Shown here in pieces: positions 37,527 through 50,521 of a DNA stretch of 64,000 bases. The notes under the pieces were generated by a model. The model saw only the letters and a list, made by a program, of their open reading frames with translations, ran no database searches and was not told the origin of the DNA. This stretch comes from Octopus sinensis (taxonomy: Eukaryota). How positions within the stretch are numbered: position 1 is the stretch's first letter; every line of letters begins with the position of its first letter. The DNA lies in assembly GCF_006345805.1 (NCBI RefSeq), contig NC_042997.1, positions 14,384,001-14,448,000 of the forward strand, given 5' to 3'. The position numbers and the translations under genes were made by a program.

Positions 37527-37841
37527 CACCTCCTCTCACTCTCCTTTCTCTTCTCACGCACACGCACACTTTGTGCATATGTGTGTCTGTATCTATTATT
37601 ATTTTTAGTCTTTGGACTACGGTCGTGTTGGATGGGAGACTGCCTTGAATGGTCTTAGTTAAGCAAATCGACCCCCCCCCCACCTCATACTTTTTTTTGT
37701 TTTCAAAGGCTGATACTTATTCTACCGGTCTCTTTTGCCGAAGCGTTAGGTGTCAGGGACGTAGCCAGACCGACACTGGTTATCAAGTAGTGGAGGTGGG
37801 AGGGCACATACAAACAGCCACACATACATAAATACAAGCAT

Positions 37842-38215
37842 GGAGTGGCTGTATGGCAAGAAGCTTGCTTCCCAACCACATAGTTCCGGTTTCAGTCCAA
37901 CTGCGCGGCACCTTGAGCAAGTATCTTCTACTATAGCTTCGGGCGTGTGAGTGGATTTTGTAGACGGAAACTGAAAGAAGCCCGTCGTGTATATGTGTGT
38001 GTATGTATGTATGTATGTATGTATGTATGTATTTGTATGTTTGTTTGTCCCCCCCCCCTCACCATCACTTGACAACCGATGTTGGTGCGTTTACGTCTCC
38101 GTAACTTAGCAGTTCGGCAAAAACACCGATAGAATAAGTACTAGACTTACAAAGAATAAGTACTGGGGTCGATCTGTTCGACTAAAAGGCGGTGCTCCAG
38201 TATGGCCGCAGTCGA
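37842..38215 (+). mobile_element. SINE family A (preceded by a minus-strand tail fragment at about 37605-37830)
   Basis: Head, microsatellite and tail are present. Confidence 0.85.
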
Positions 38216-38389
38216 ATTAAAAACGAATTGATGAACATATGCAAATCGAAATTAAATAGACAAAAAACATTAAAGTGAAAAGAATTTGCGTTTTACTTGT
38301 ATATGCCATAAATAAACGTAAATAATAATTATAAGGTAAATTAAATATACACCACATCCTCGTGTGAGCCACTTTATGGGAAACAAACA

Positions 38390-38562
38390 GGCGCAGGAGT
38401 GGCTGTGTGGTAAGTAGCTTGTTTACCAACCACATGGTTCCGGGTTCAGTCCCACTGCGTGGCACCTTGGGCAAGTGTCTTCTACTATAGCCTCGGGCCA
38501 ACCAAAGCCTTGTGAGTGGATTTGGTAGAAGGAAACTGAAAGAAACCCGTCGTATATATGTA

Positions 38563-38628
<66 letters not shown>

Positions 38629-38857
38629 TGTGTGTGCTTGTGTGTCTGTGTTTGTCTCCCTAGCATTGCTTGACAACCAACGCTGGTGTGTTTATGTCCC
38701 CGTAACTTAGCGCTTCGGCAAAAGAGACCGATAGAATAAGTACTGGGCTTACAAAAAGAATAAGTCCCGGGGTAGAGTTGCTCGATTAAAGGCGGTGCTT
38801 CAGCATGGCCGCAGTCAAATGACTGAAACAAGTAAAAGAGTGAAAGAGTAAAAGAGT
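38390..38857 (+). mobile_element. SINE family A, full length
   Basis: GGCGCAGGAGTGGCTGTGTGGTAAG through GAAACAAGTAAAAGAG. Confidence 0.9.
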
Positions 38858-39065
38858 AATATTAATAATTAATGTTATAAAGTTTAATAAGGGGCTCAAA
38901 TTTCAACCCACCCAAATTTTAAATTTTGAACTTTTTCATCCATTTATTTGTCTGTCTATCTATTTATCCGTTTCCGTTTATTCATAAAATATGTTTATCA
39001 ACAAAATGTGGCGGTCCTATAGAAGACGGTGTTACTGTTGTTTTTAGCCCCAGGAAGACATTCAT

Positions 39066-39068
39066 ATC

Positions 39069-39156
<88 letters not shown>

Positions 39157-39178
39157 GATCGATCGATCGATCGATCTA
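39066..39178. repeat. (TCTA)n switching to (TCGA)n
   Basis: Direct reading. Confidence 0.95.
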
Positions 39179-39420
39179 TATGCGTATTGAATTTAAAAGT
39201 TTCAAAACGTAGTTTATTGCATATCCGGAATCTCTGTCATCTAAAACATAGGGAAAAACATTTCGAAAAAGTTCAAAATTTTAAACGGGAGGGGTGAGGG
39301 GGGGTGATTTATTTATTTTTTTTATTTTTGCATTTTGCATTTTCGTAATCTCCGACATCTAAAACGTAGGAATCTGACAAAATACTTTTAAAAAAGATGC
39401 ATTTTTCAAGGAGAGCTGCG

Positions 39421-39757
39421 GGATCTTTTCCTTTTGAACGGCAGTTTTCAACACAATTTCTAATTAACTAAACACTTTTAAACTTCGTATACCGGTAGAA
39501 TGTGTCAAAATAAAACATTTTTTTCTCTTGGCTTTCTTGAGAAAATTGTAATTTGTAAGTTTAACGTAGTTTAATTTTTCGAATTTTAACCAATCAATGG
39601 CCTCTATAGAGCTAAAATCATTTGCTGCTTCTAAAACTGAGACAACATCCTTCACTAACCCTAACCCTAATTTTTAGCCTTACCAGTATACGAAGTTTAA
39701 AAGTGTTTAGTTGACTAGAATTTGTGTTGAAAACTGCCATTCAAAAGGAAAATATCC
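39421..39757. mobile_element. MITE of the same GGATC-TIR family
   Basis: TIR GGATCTTTTCCTTTTGAACGGCAGTTTTCAACAC with a near-perfect reverse complement; TSD GAGCTGCG at 39413-39420 and 39758-39765; CTAACCCTAACCCTAA inside. Confidence 0.9.
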
Positions 39758-39866
39758 GAGCTGCGAAACTGCATTAGCCCCCAAAAATCGTTATAGTAAA
39801 CATTTCGCTGAAAACAACCATGAACTTATTCATTCATGGGGCATACAAGAATTGACAATTAATAAA

Positions 39867-40550
39867 GCGGCGAGCTGGCAGAATCGTTAGCACGCCGGGC
39901 GAAATGCTTAGTAGTATTTTGTCTGTCGCTACGTTCTGAGTTCAAATTCCGCCGAGGTCGACTTTGCTTTTCATCTTTTCTGGGGTCGATATAATCGACT
40001 TAATCCGTTTGTCTGTCCTTGTTTGTCCTCTCTGTGTTTAGCCCCTTGTGGGTAGTACAGAAATAGGTATTTCTTCTGTCTTTACGTTCTGGGTTCAAAT
40101 TCCGCCGAGGTTGACTTTGCCTTTCATCTCTTCGGAGTCGATAAATTAAGTATCAGTTGCGTACTGTGGTCGATCTAATCGACTGGCCGCCCTCCCACCA
40201 AATTTCGGGCCTTGTGCTTAGAGTAGAAACGATTAGTACTTAATTTATCGACCCTGAAAGAATGAAAGGCAAAGTCGACCCCGGCGAAATTTGAACTCAG
40301 AATCATTAGCACGCCGGGCGAAAAACTCAGCGGCATTTCGCCCGGCGTGCTAATGATTCAAGGCCTGAAATTTTGGGGGAGGGGAATAGTCGATCCCATC
40401 GACCTGAATGTTTCACTGGTACTTAATTTATCGACCCCGAAAGGATAAAAGGTAAAGTCGACATCGGCGGAATTTGAACTCAAATCACGAAGACAGAAGA
40501 AATGTTCCTAAGCATTTCGCCCGGCGTGCTAACGATTCTGCCAGCTCGCT
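39867..40550. mobile_element. Inverted cluster of SINE family B copies (+ 39867-40230, - 40235-40550)
   Basis: Head GCGGCGAGCTGGCAG at the left end and its reverse complement at about 40540-40550. Confidence 0.85.
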
Positions 40551-41744
40551 GTAGAGGGAAAATGATACCCCATTAATTCCCCCCCACACACATACATAAT
40601 CGGAAACAATACCAACAACTTGTCTGGAAAATCTTACTAATGTTTTCATAAATTAGTTAATAGATACCGATTCTTTCGTAACCTAACCGTGAAATATGCA
40701 CATCTATCCGCATAAACAAAGAACAAAATGAACTGGAGTGTTTCGATTTTGTGAAATTTAAATTTCAGACCGCGAAATAAATTATAGTAAAACTTGACAA
40801 CACAAACAAAAAATATATATTTAGCGCTCACCTTTGACAACTGCATTTTAATTACAGCGTCTCATTGTTAAGGTGATCGCTAGTTATCACTTCTGTGCCC
40901 TAATCGATGTTCTAATATCGCTTGTATGTCAAATTTAAGTAGACTGGTGTTCACAAAAATATTCCCCTGAATTTTTGTCTTTTTTTTAAAAATTTTTAGT
41001 TTAGTTTTGTCTTTTACCTTTTGCGTGTTTCTATTATCGTTTGGGGTCATGTTGGACCCCTTTCTTGCTTCACGGTTGTTAAATTCACTCAATACCAAAA
41101 TTTTAAAGCAACGAAAGGCAAACTGCAGCTCGCGGGTCTTTCTCAATGGCACACCTAACGAAAACTTACCTTGATTCGCCTGCTAACGTTCCATGTCCCA
41201 TGTAGCCCGCTTCTCAAGAATTGGTTGCCCTTTACCTTTTATAGGAAATTGATATAAAGTTCAAATATTGATTCGCCAGTCTAGAAGACTTTCAGAAACT
41301 AGACTTTGTCACAGTTCACAAACTTGGCCAAAAAGTGCAATCTTGCTTTTGCGATTTTCTTCAATAGAGATTTCCTTGGACATCCTTTAGAAGGGAAACA
41401 AGTATTTTCTAACCTTTATGTAATGGTCATTAGATAATGTTTTTTTGGCAACTCTACATTGTTTTGCAAGTTACAAGCTTTTCTCTTTTGAAGAACTAGC
41501 AATTTCAAACATGTATTTTCCCATAGCAGTTGCAGTTATATCGAGGTAGACCTTCCATCTACCAAATATTTAGTAGGATTAGAATTTTGAATTTCAGTCT
41601 TCTGTAATCTGTCCTTCCACAAATCTAGACCTGCCAGGTCCATTCTTTGCAGCAATAGGACGAGGTTTCTGAAAATGTAAACAGATTGTTTATATAGTAA
41701 GGCAAAGAAACAGTTTTTCTTATTCAGTAGCTTATTCTTTACCC

Positions 41745-42048
41745 TTGACTCTTTTACTTGTTTCAGTCATTTGACTGCGGCCATGCTGGAGCACCGCCTT
41801 TAATCGAGCAATCGACCCCAGGACTTATTATTTGTAAGCCTAGTAATTATTCTATCGATTTCTTGTTGTTGTTGAGCCTGGTACTTACGCTATCGGTTAC
41901 TTTTGCCGAACCGCTACATATATACGACGGGCTTCTTTCAGTTTCCGTCTACCAAATCCACTCACAAGGCTTTGGTCGGCCCGAGGCTATAGTAGAAGAA
42001 CCATGTGGTAGGTAAGCAAGCTACTTACCACACAGCCATTCCTGCGCC
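41745..42048 (-). mobile_element. SINE family A with internal deletions
   Basis: Tail and head are recognisable on the minus strand. Confidence 0.85.
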
Positions 42049-42954
42049 TTGTAGATGTCAGTTTCACATAGAAAAACTGCTTGATCTTTGAATAATCAAC
42101 CAGCATATAATTATTTTTCTTTGAAGTTATGCCTAACATACAAGCAAAACGAGCTAATCACGCAGTAATTAAAGCTATAAACGCTAGAACTTTTAATTCA
42201 AACATTAAAAGGAACTTTCCGTACACTTCTATTTGAAAAGAACATAAAAGTACACTCCTTTCTTTTTAAAATGCTTTTTCTTGATCCTTCTATTATAATG
42301 GACAATTCAATTTCATTTACGTACAGTTCAATCTCTCCTGTCATATCTGAGATATTAGTTCCAAAATGGATTTACACTGTAAAAAGAAGGCTTTTCATTA
42401 AAAATATGCTTTTAAAAACGTATAATCAAAGGATTTCAGCGCTTATAGCAAACAGCTTAAATGATATCCGTTAAGCTGCTGCTGATGGTCATATATGTTT
42501 GATATACTTCTTTGCCTGTGTCTCTTACATCTTGTGATCCCGTTGGTCTATGTTGCCTTTCGTTCTCGTAAGGTTGGACTTGTTAAAGAGGTCTTGGTTT
42601 ATGATGGTTTTATTCTGTATACTGTAACATTCATTGATATTGCGTGAATGTCTTTTATTGGGATTCTAATTGTGGCTAACGTAATACTCATTGAAGGGTT
42701 TTGTAGATTAGGGACGTTTTGTTGCACATATATTACATTTTAACGTGCAACTATATGAAAATATATTAGGCTTTTTCTTTTCTTTTTGCACGGGAGTGTG
42801 AGGTTGTAGACATGGTTAGATGGTAAAGAAGCTTGCTTCGCAACCATGTAGTTTCGGTTCAGTGCGCGGCATCTTGGGCAAGTGTCATCTACATATAGCT
42901 CTGGGTCGACTAATGTCTTTTGAACAAATTTGGTGAACAGAAACTCACCATCAT

Positions 42955-43366
42955 GGCGCAGGAGTGGATGTGTGGTAAGTAGCTTGCTTACCAACCACAT
43001 GGTTCTGGGTTCAGTCCCACTGCGTGGCACCTTGGGCAAGTGTTTTCTACTATAGCCTCGGGCCGACCAAAGCCTTGTGAGTGGATTTGGTAGACGGAAA
43101 CTAAAATGAAGCCCGTCGTATGTATGTATATATATATATGCGTGTTTATATGTTTGTGTGTCTGTGTTTGTCCCCCCCCCCAACATCGTTTGACAACCGA
43201 TGTTGGTGTGTTTACGTTCCCGTAACTTAGTGGTTCGGCAAAAGAGACCGATAGAATAAGTACTAGGCTTACAAAGAATAAGTCCTGGGGTCGATTTGCT
43301 CGATTAAAGGCGGTGCTCCAGCATGGCCGCAGTCAAATGACTGAAACAAGTAAAAGAGTAAAAGAG
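42955..43366 (+). mobile_element. SINE family A, full length
   Basis: Head to tail match. Confidence 0.9.
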
Positions 43367-43949
43367 TATCATCATCATCGTTTAACGTCCGCTTTCCATG
43401 GTAGCATGGGTTGGACATAAATGTAAAATTACCCTTGGCAGGATTTGAGCCCATAGCGTAGGAGCCGGATCGATGTTACGAAGCAGTTTACCCAACGATC
43501 TAACCACCCAATCATATATGTGTATTTGTATTTGCAGTTCATCAAAAATTAAATTTTGGCCATACTGCATTCATACATATGCATGCGTTGTGTTGTGTGT
43601 GTATACGTATGCACGCAAACGTACATATAATCGTGTCTGTGTACATGAATTCATATCGCCGACAGGATGGAACCGATTGATCTATTTTAGTGTCATTTAA
43701 CAACTCATTAACATTCCTTTCTCGTTTCAAAACTGTTGATAACAGTAGTGACTAGATATTTATCATTTGTAAAGAAAACTTGTGACTGGCAAAGCTTATT
43801 TACATAATAGTACAATTTAGCACTATCAATCTCATCAATTTTACATGTTTTCCATATCGTCACGAACCAAGTCTTATTTGGAGTTACTATCCTGAGACGG
43901 CTTGGAGGATCACATTCCTCTCGCACATACCTTTTTTGGACGGTTTCAA

Positions 43950-44134
43950 TAACTAGACATATTTTAAGATCAGAACTTATCTGCAGCTCCTGGTAGCCTA
44001 AATTGGATATGCAATCTATATGGATGTCTTTTCAAAACATTGTCTGGTTTAAAAAGTCACATCGGATGCCATAATGGTTCTAAAGTGTAGGTACAGGAGG
44101 TGATCAAATTTTGCATAAGAGGTAGACAGCCACC

Positions 44135-44165
<31 letters not shown>

Positions 44166-44190
44166 TGTATGTATGTATGTATGTATGTAT
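43950..44190 (+). mobile_element. Probable RTE-type LINE 3' end with (TATG)n tail
   Basis: C-x-x-YGCLFKTLSGLKSHIGCH resembles the terminal zinc-finger-like motif of RTE ORFs; followed by a short UTR and a microsatellite tail. Confidence 0.45.
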
Positions 44191-44199
44191 CAGCGGTAG

Positions 44200-45060
44200 C
44201 AGAGCAGAGATCAAAAATCTCTCTGACCTCGCACATCAGCAAATCATGGAACGAATAGTTAGAAAAAGACTAATCACCTTCCTTGAGGAAAATGACTTGC
44301 TGACTGACTAGGTGTTGAAACAGCTACTCAACCACTCAAATGTGGATGCGATATATCTCGACTTTGCAAAGGCTTTCGACAAAGTTGATCATGGGATGAT
44401 ATATCACAAACTGCATGATCTCGGCATAGTCGGGAAATTGGGAGAATGACTGCATGTCTTTCTAAAAGATAGAAGTCAAGCAGTAGTAGCCAATGGGGTC
44501 ATCTCCAGTGACACGCAAATGATGAGCGGTGTTCCACAAGGCACTGTTTTGGGACCACTGCTGTTTATAATGGTTCTCTCACATATACCCTCAGCCACAC
44601 AGAGAGCCACGATTACAAGTTATGCAGATGATAGAAAAGTCTGACAGGTGATACAGAACCCTGAAGATGCTTTGCACCTGCAACGTGAGTTAGATGAAAC
44701 ACACAAGTGGGCTAAGACGAATAACATGCAGTTTAATGCTGAAAAGTTTCAAGCCTTATGCTATCAGCATGCAAAACTAAATGCAATCCCAATAAAATAC
44801 ACTGGACCAGGAGGGATTGCAATCCCAGAAACGCAGTCGGTACGAGACTTGGACATTTACATGAGTAATGATGCATCCTTCTATGTACATGTTCCTAAGT
44901 CGGCAATGGAATGCAGGCGGCTGACCGGATGGATTCTAAGAATGTTTAAATCGAGAGATCAGTAAACCATGATGGTCCTCTGGAGGACATTTGTCCTAAT
45001 CCGCTTTGATTTTTGCTCCCAGCTATGGTCACCAACCAGTGCAAAGTGTAAAATTAATTG
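44200..45060 (+). mobile_element. CR1-group LINE RT fragment (tandem duplication unit 1)
   Basis: IYLDFAKAFDKVDHG, SGVPQGTVLGPLLF, SYADD, NMQFNAEKF, VRDLDIYMSND, QLWSP. Confidence 0.9.
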
Positions 45061-45447
45061 CAGAACATGAGGCAATTTAAAGAAGCTACACGAAGAAGCC
45101 TCTGATAATGAGATATCACACGCACACACACATGCTCTCTCTCTCTCTCTCTCTCCCTTTCTCCCCATTCATCACCCTCTTGTACTATCTTATATCCCTC
45201 CCCACCACTACACACTCAATAACACTATAAAATGGTCAAAACTTTTTCACAGGAACTTAGTTCGATTTAAAAACCCCACTAGAATGGGAGAAAGCGCTAA
45301 TATATGATATAAGTTATATGATGTATAAAAACATGTAATATACAAATAAATATCTGTAAATATAAAACCATTCGAATTTCTGAGTACCTCATTTCTTCTA
45401 ATATAAAATACCTGTACATCATCTCCAAACCTTCTAATATATGTATG

Positions 45448-45482
<35 letters not shown>

Positions 45483-45538
45483 ATGTATGTAGTATGTATG
45501 TATGTATGTATGTATGTATGTATGATGTATGTATGTAT

Positions 45539-46400
45539 CAGAGCAGAGATCAAAAATCTCTCTGACCTCGCACATCAGCAAATCATGGAACGAATAGTTA
45601 GAAAAAGACTAATCACCTTCCTTGAGGAAAATGACTTGCTGACTGACTAGGTGTTGAAACAGCTACTCAACCACTCAAATGTGGATGCGATATATCTCGA
45701 CTTTGCAAAGGCTTTCGACAAAGTTGATCATGGGATGATATATCACAAACTGCATGATCTCGGCATAGTCGGGAAATGGGAGAATGACTGCATATCTTTC
45801 TAAAAGATAGAAGTCAAGCAGTAGTAGCCAATGGGGTCATCTCCAGTGACACGCAAATGATGAGCGGTGTTCCACAAGGCACTGTTTTGGGACCACTGCT
45901 GTTTATAATGGTTCTCTCACATATACCCTCAGCCACACAGAGAGCCACGATTACAAGTTATGCAGATGATAGAAAAGTCTGACAGGTGATACAGAACTCT
46001 GAAGATACTATGCACCTGCAGCATGAGCTAGATGAAACATACAGGTGGGCTAAGAATAACATGCAATTTAATGCTGACAAGTTTCATGTCTTATGCTATC
46101 AGCATGCAAAACTAAATGCACTACCAATAAAATACTCTGCACCTGGAGGGATTGCAATCCCAGAAACGCAGTCGGTACGAGACTTGGACATTTACATGAG
46201 TAATGATGCATCCTTCTATGTACATGTTCCTAAGTCGGCAATGGAATGCAGGCGGCTGACCGGATGGATTCTAAGAATGTTTAAATCGAGAGATCAGTAA
46301 ACCATGATGGTCCTCTGGAGGACATTGTCCTAATCCGCTTTGATTTTTGCTCCCAGCTATGGTCACCAACCAGTGCAAAGTGTAAAATTAATTGCAGAAC
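45539..46400 (+). mobile_element. CR1-group LINE RT fragment (tandem duplication unit 2)
   Basis: Same motifs and the same premature stops as unit 1. Confidence 0.9.
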
Positions 46401-46775
46401 ATGAGGCAATTTAAAGAAGCTACACGAAGAAGCCTCTGATAATGAGATATCACACGCACACACACATGCTCTCTCTCTCTCTCCCTTTCTCCCCATTCAT
46501 CAGCCTCTTGTACTATCTTATATCCCTCCCCACCACTACACACTCAATAACACTATAAAATGGTCAAAACTTTTTCACAGGAACTTAGTTCGATTTAAAA
46601 ACCCCACTAGAATGGGAGAAAGCGCTAATATATGATATAAGTTATATGATGTATAAAAACATGTAATATACAAATAAATATCTGTAAATATAAAACCATT
46701 CGAATTTCTGAGTACCTCATTTCTTCTAATATAAAATACCTGTACATCATCTCCAAACCTTCTAATATATGTATG

Positions 46776-46808
<33 letters not shown>

Positions 46809-46839
46809 ATGTATGTAAGTGTATATATATGTATATATG

Positions 46840-46883
<44 letters not shown>

Positions 46884-46929
46884 ATATATATGTATGTATG
46901 CATGTATATATGTATACATGTGGCGAAAG

Positions 46930-47067
46930 AGTCAGCAGAAGTTCGCTAGAGCCACGTGGATCTCTGATGTTTTGTTCATAAACATACACAACGCCCAGTC
47001 TGAGATTCGAACCCACGATCCCTCGAACGCGTGTCCGCTGCTCTAACCACTAGGCCACGTGACTCCA
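46930..47067 (-). mobile_element. SINE family C-like head, diverged
   Basis: GTGGAGTCACGTGGCCTAGTGGTTAGAGCAGCGGACAC on the minus strand. Confidence 0.7.
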
Positions 47068-47071
47068 CATG

Positions 47072-47128
<57 letters not shown>

Positions 47129-47167
47129 GTATGTACGTATGTATGTATACATATATATATATTGAGC

Positions 47168-47504
47168 TGAGACCCCCGTCGGTCATGACTGACCATGGGA
47201 TTGCACCTAGAAAGTTACCCTCCAAGGCACAAGTCCGGGCAAGGTTGTTTATGGAAGACCATTCGTCGCCCATGCATACCAGCTTCCCCTCTCCACGCCA
47301 CCGAGCTTATCCAAGGGAAAGGCAAGGGGCCATACGGCTTGGCACCTATGACGTTGCAACTTATTTCTACAGCTGAGTGAACTGGAGCAACGTAAAATAA
47401 TGTTTCTTGCACAAGAATACAACAGGTAGCCTGGTCCGGGATTCGAACTCACAACCTCACGATCGTAAGCTCGACGCTCTAAGCACTGAGCCATGCACCT
47501 TCAC
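47168..47504 (-). mobile_element. SINE family D
   Basis: Same head, CORE-like block and 3' half as the 21478 copy. Confidence 0.85.
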
Positions 47505-47787
47505 ACAAATTTTTTTTATGTTTGATACACTTCAACATTACAAAAAAATTGTTTTAAATACAATGATAAAAAGCGTAAAAACCAGACCATGTTGTAGCTT
47601 TATTCAACTGATATATTATCCTATACACATTTACACAATTCGGAACTGGTTACAATTCTATTCATTTCTGCAGCTGATGATGGCACTGCGTTTGAATTGA
47701 TGTAATGATTGCATTGTTGAATGAAATGGAGTTGCTTGAAACGGTTGTACTCCATCACTACTTGATATCCTGTTGCTTATTTTAATG

Positions 47788-47820
<33 letters not shown>

Positions 47821-48113
47821 CGTGCGTATTTTAACTCTTATTTTCGTATAAGCGGTTCTAGTCAGCACCCTCTGTTACTTTTCTGACCTATATTGGTTTT
47901 GCTTTCAGGTTCTAATCGCTAATAAGCCAGCCTTTTAATTTGTTGTATACACTTTTACCGTTTTGAAAATCAGCACGTTTTCAGCGGTTTTTTCTTACAA
48001 GATTAACAAAGGAAGTTCAGTTTAACCATAGGCGTTAAGAGCCGCTGGGGCAACGCCATGAAGTGTTTAGTCGAACAGATCGACCTAAGTACTTCTTTTA
48101 AGTTTTTGCCGAA

Positions 48114-48120
<7 letters not shown>

Positions 48121-48153
<33 letters not shown>

Positions 48154-48951
48154 CACGCTACCACACAGTTTCCATCTATCAAATTTACTCACAAATCATT
48201 GGTTGGCTCAGATTTATAACAGAAGACACTTGTCCAAAGTGCCGCGCAGTGAAACTGAACCCGAGATCATTTAGTTACAAAGCTAGCCTGTTGACCATAC
48301 ACCCATGCCTGCGCTTTAATGGCGCCGACAACAATATTTTCGTTTGATTTCCATTGTACTACTACGTCAAGATGTTTCTGAACCACTGGTGTTGATTGAG
48401 TCAAGGAGCATGCGTAATCTGGTTGACCTGGGGGTGAAATCCAGACAACTAATGACATGCCCGGATGAAAGTAGAAGTGGGCAACTACGAGTTAGAGATT
48501 GTTCTGTAGAATTCCTGGTATTTACAGCATTACGTTAAAAAAAAATGTCCGATAGTCTGCCGACTGAACAATACGAGTGGATTAATAGGATTAAGTTAAT
48601 CCTACCTCTGTTCTCCCTAAATCTCTCTCTCCTTCTTCCTCTCCCTCTCGCTCTCTCTTCTTCCTCTACCTCTCGCTTTCTCTTCTTCCTCTCCCTCTCG
48701 CTCTCTCTTCTTCCTCTACCTCTCGCTCTCTCTTCTTCCTCTACCTCTCGCTCTCTCTTCTTCCTCTACCTCTCGCTCTGTCTTCTTCCCCTCCTCTCTC
48801 TCTTCTTCCTTCCCCCCTCTCTCTCTCTTCGATTTTTGTTTAGTAGTAATTTTTTATTCAAATCCATTAATAATGATTTATGAATGACACATTATCTCGA
48901 TTGATATGGGGAATATAAAAAATGGTGATAAGGATCAAGAACACTTTCTCT

Positions 48952-48996
<45 letters not shown>

Positions 48997-49797
48997 TACA
49001 CGCTTCCACACAGTTTCCATCTATCAAATTTACTCACAAATCATTGGTTGGCTCAGATTTATAACAGAAGACACTTGTCCAAAGTGCCGCGCAGTGAAAC
49101 TGAACCCGAGATCATTTAGTTACAAAGCTAGCCTGTTGACCATACACCCATGCCTGCGCTTTAATGGCGCCGACAACAATATTTTCGTTTGATTTCCATT
49201 GTACTACTACGTCAAGATGTTTCTGAACCACTGGCGTTGATTGAGTCAAGGAGCATGCGTAATCTGGTTGACCTGGGGGTGAAATCCAGACAACTAATGA
49301 CATGCCCGGATGAAAGTAGAAGTGGGCAACTACGAGTTAGAGATTGTTCTGTAGAATTCCTGGTATTTACAGCATTACGTTAAAAAAAAATGTCCGATAG
49401 TCTGCCGACTGAACAATACGAGTGGATTAATAGGATTAAGTTAATCCTACCTCTGTTCTCCCTAAATCTCTCTCTCCTTCTCCTCTCCCTCTCGCTCTCT
49501 CTTCTTCCTCTACCTCTCGCTTTCTCTTCTTCCTCTCCCTCTCGCTCTCTCTTCTTCCTCTACCTCTCGCTCTCTCTTCTTCCTCTACCTCTCGCTCTCT
49601 CTCTTCTTCCTCTACCTCTCGCTCTGTCTTCTTCCCCTCCTCTCTCTCTTCTTCCTTCCCCCCTCTCTCTCTCTTCGATTTTTGTTTAGTAGTAATTTTT
49701 TATTCAAATCCATTAATAATGATTTATGAATGACACATTATCTCGATTGATATGGGGAATATAAAAAATGGTGATAAGGATCAAGAACACTTTCTCT

Positions 49798-49838
<41 letters not shown>
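48121..49838. repeat. Tandem duplication, period 845 bp
   Basis: CTACACGC at 48151 and 48996; the paired track ORFs are offset by 845; junctions lie in (CA)n. Confidence 0.9.
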
Positions 49839-49839
<1 letters not shown>

Positions 49840-50472
49840 ATGTGTGTGTGTGTATATATATATATAGGGAGGCTTTACGAAAAAAACAAAAAACGAAGGC
49901 AGGTGGTGTCCAAAACAAACAGATGTATTAATATAACGCTCATATACAGACTCGACTGAAGAGCGTTGTAGTTTGTTTGAAGCATTGTACCACGAAAGAT
50001 GCATTGGTAGAGGCTTCTCTCATTTCTTTTATTATAAACTCGACAAATATATTATTTACACCCAGCTGTTATTTGCCCTTCGTTCGACATTTTGTACTAG
50101 TCGTGAACACTCACCTGTATCTATTCATATGCCGTGTTTTTGACATTTCCTTGTCTATTATATATAAATGTGTGTGTGTGTGTGTGTGTGGTGTGTGTGT
50201 GTGTGTGAATTTGACGTCACAAGAGTTTATAAGCTTTCGAGAAAACGTGGAATAGTTCCTTTTTGGAACTGGTTCTCAAAGTACGCATAAAGCTATAAAT
50301 AATAGCATGTGAATGTTATATTATTTATAGCTTTAGAAGTACTTCGAGCACCAGTTCCAAAATATATAATATGTTCGATTCGGAAATAAAGCATAAGCAG
50401 ATGCTTATTTACAAATCAAGAAATACTGAGATCGAATTATATAGAAAATCATTTCTCTTTCTCTTCTCTCTT

Positions 50473-50521
<49 letters not shown>

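Larger units (their letters stand above)
44200..46810. repeat. Tandem duplication, period 1339 bp
   Basis: CAGAGCAGAGATCAAAAATC at 44200 and 45539; both LINE and unique flank are duplicated; junctions lie in (TATG)n. Confidence 0.9.

Noticed and set aside
38217-38831. Recurrent ORFs such as RRVSFSFLLPNPLTRLWLARGYSRRHLPKVPRSGTEPGTMWL
   Set aside because: Antisense readings of SINE family A, repeated in every copy; not genes.
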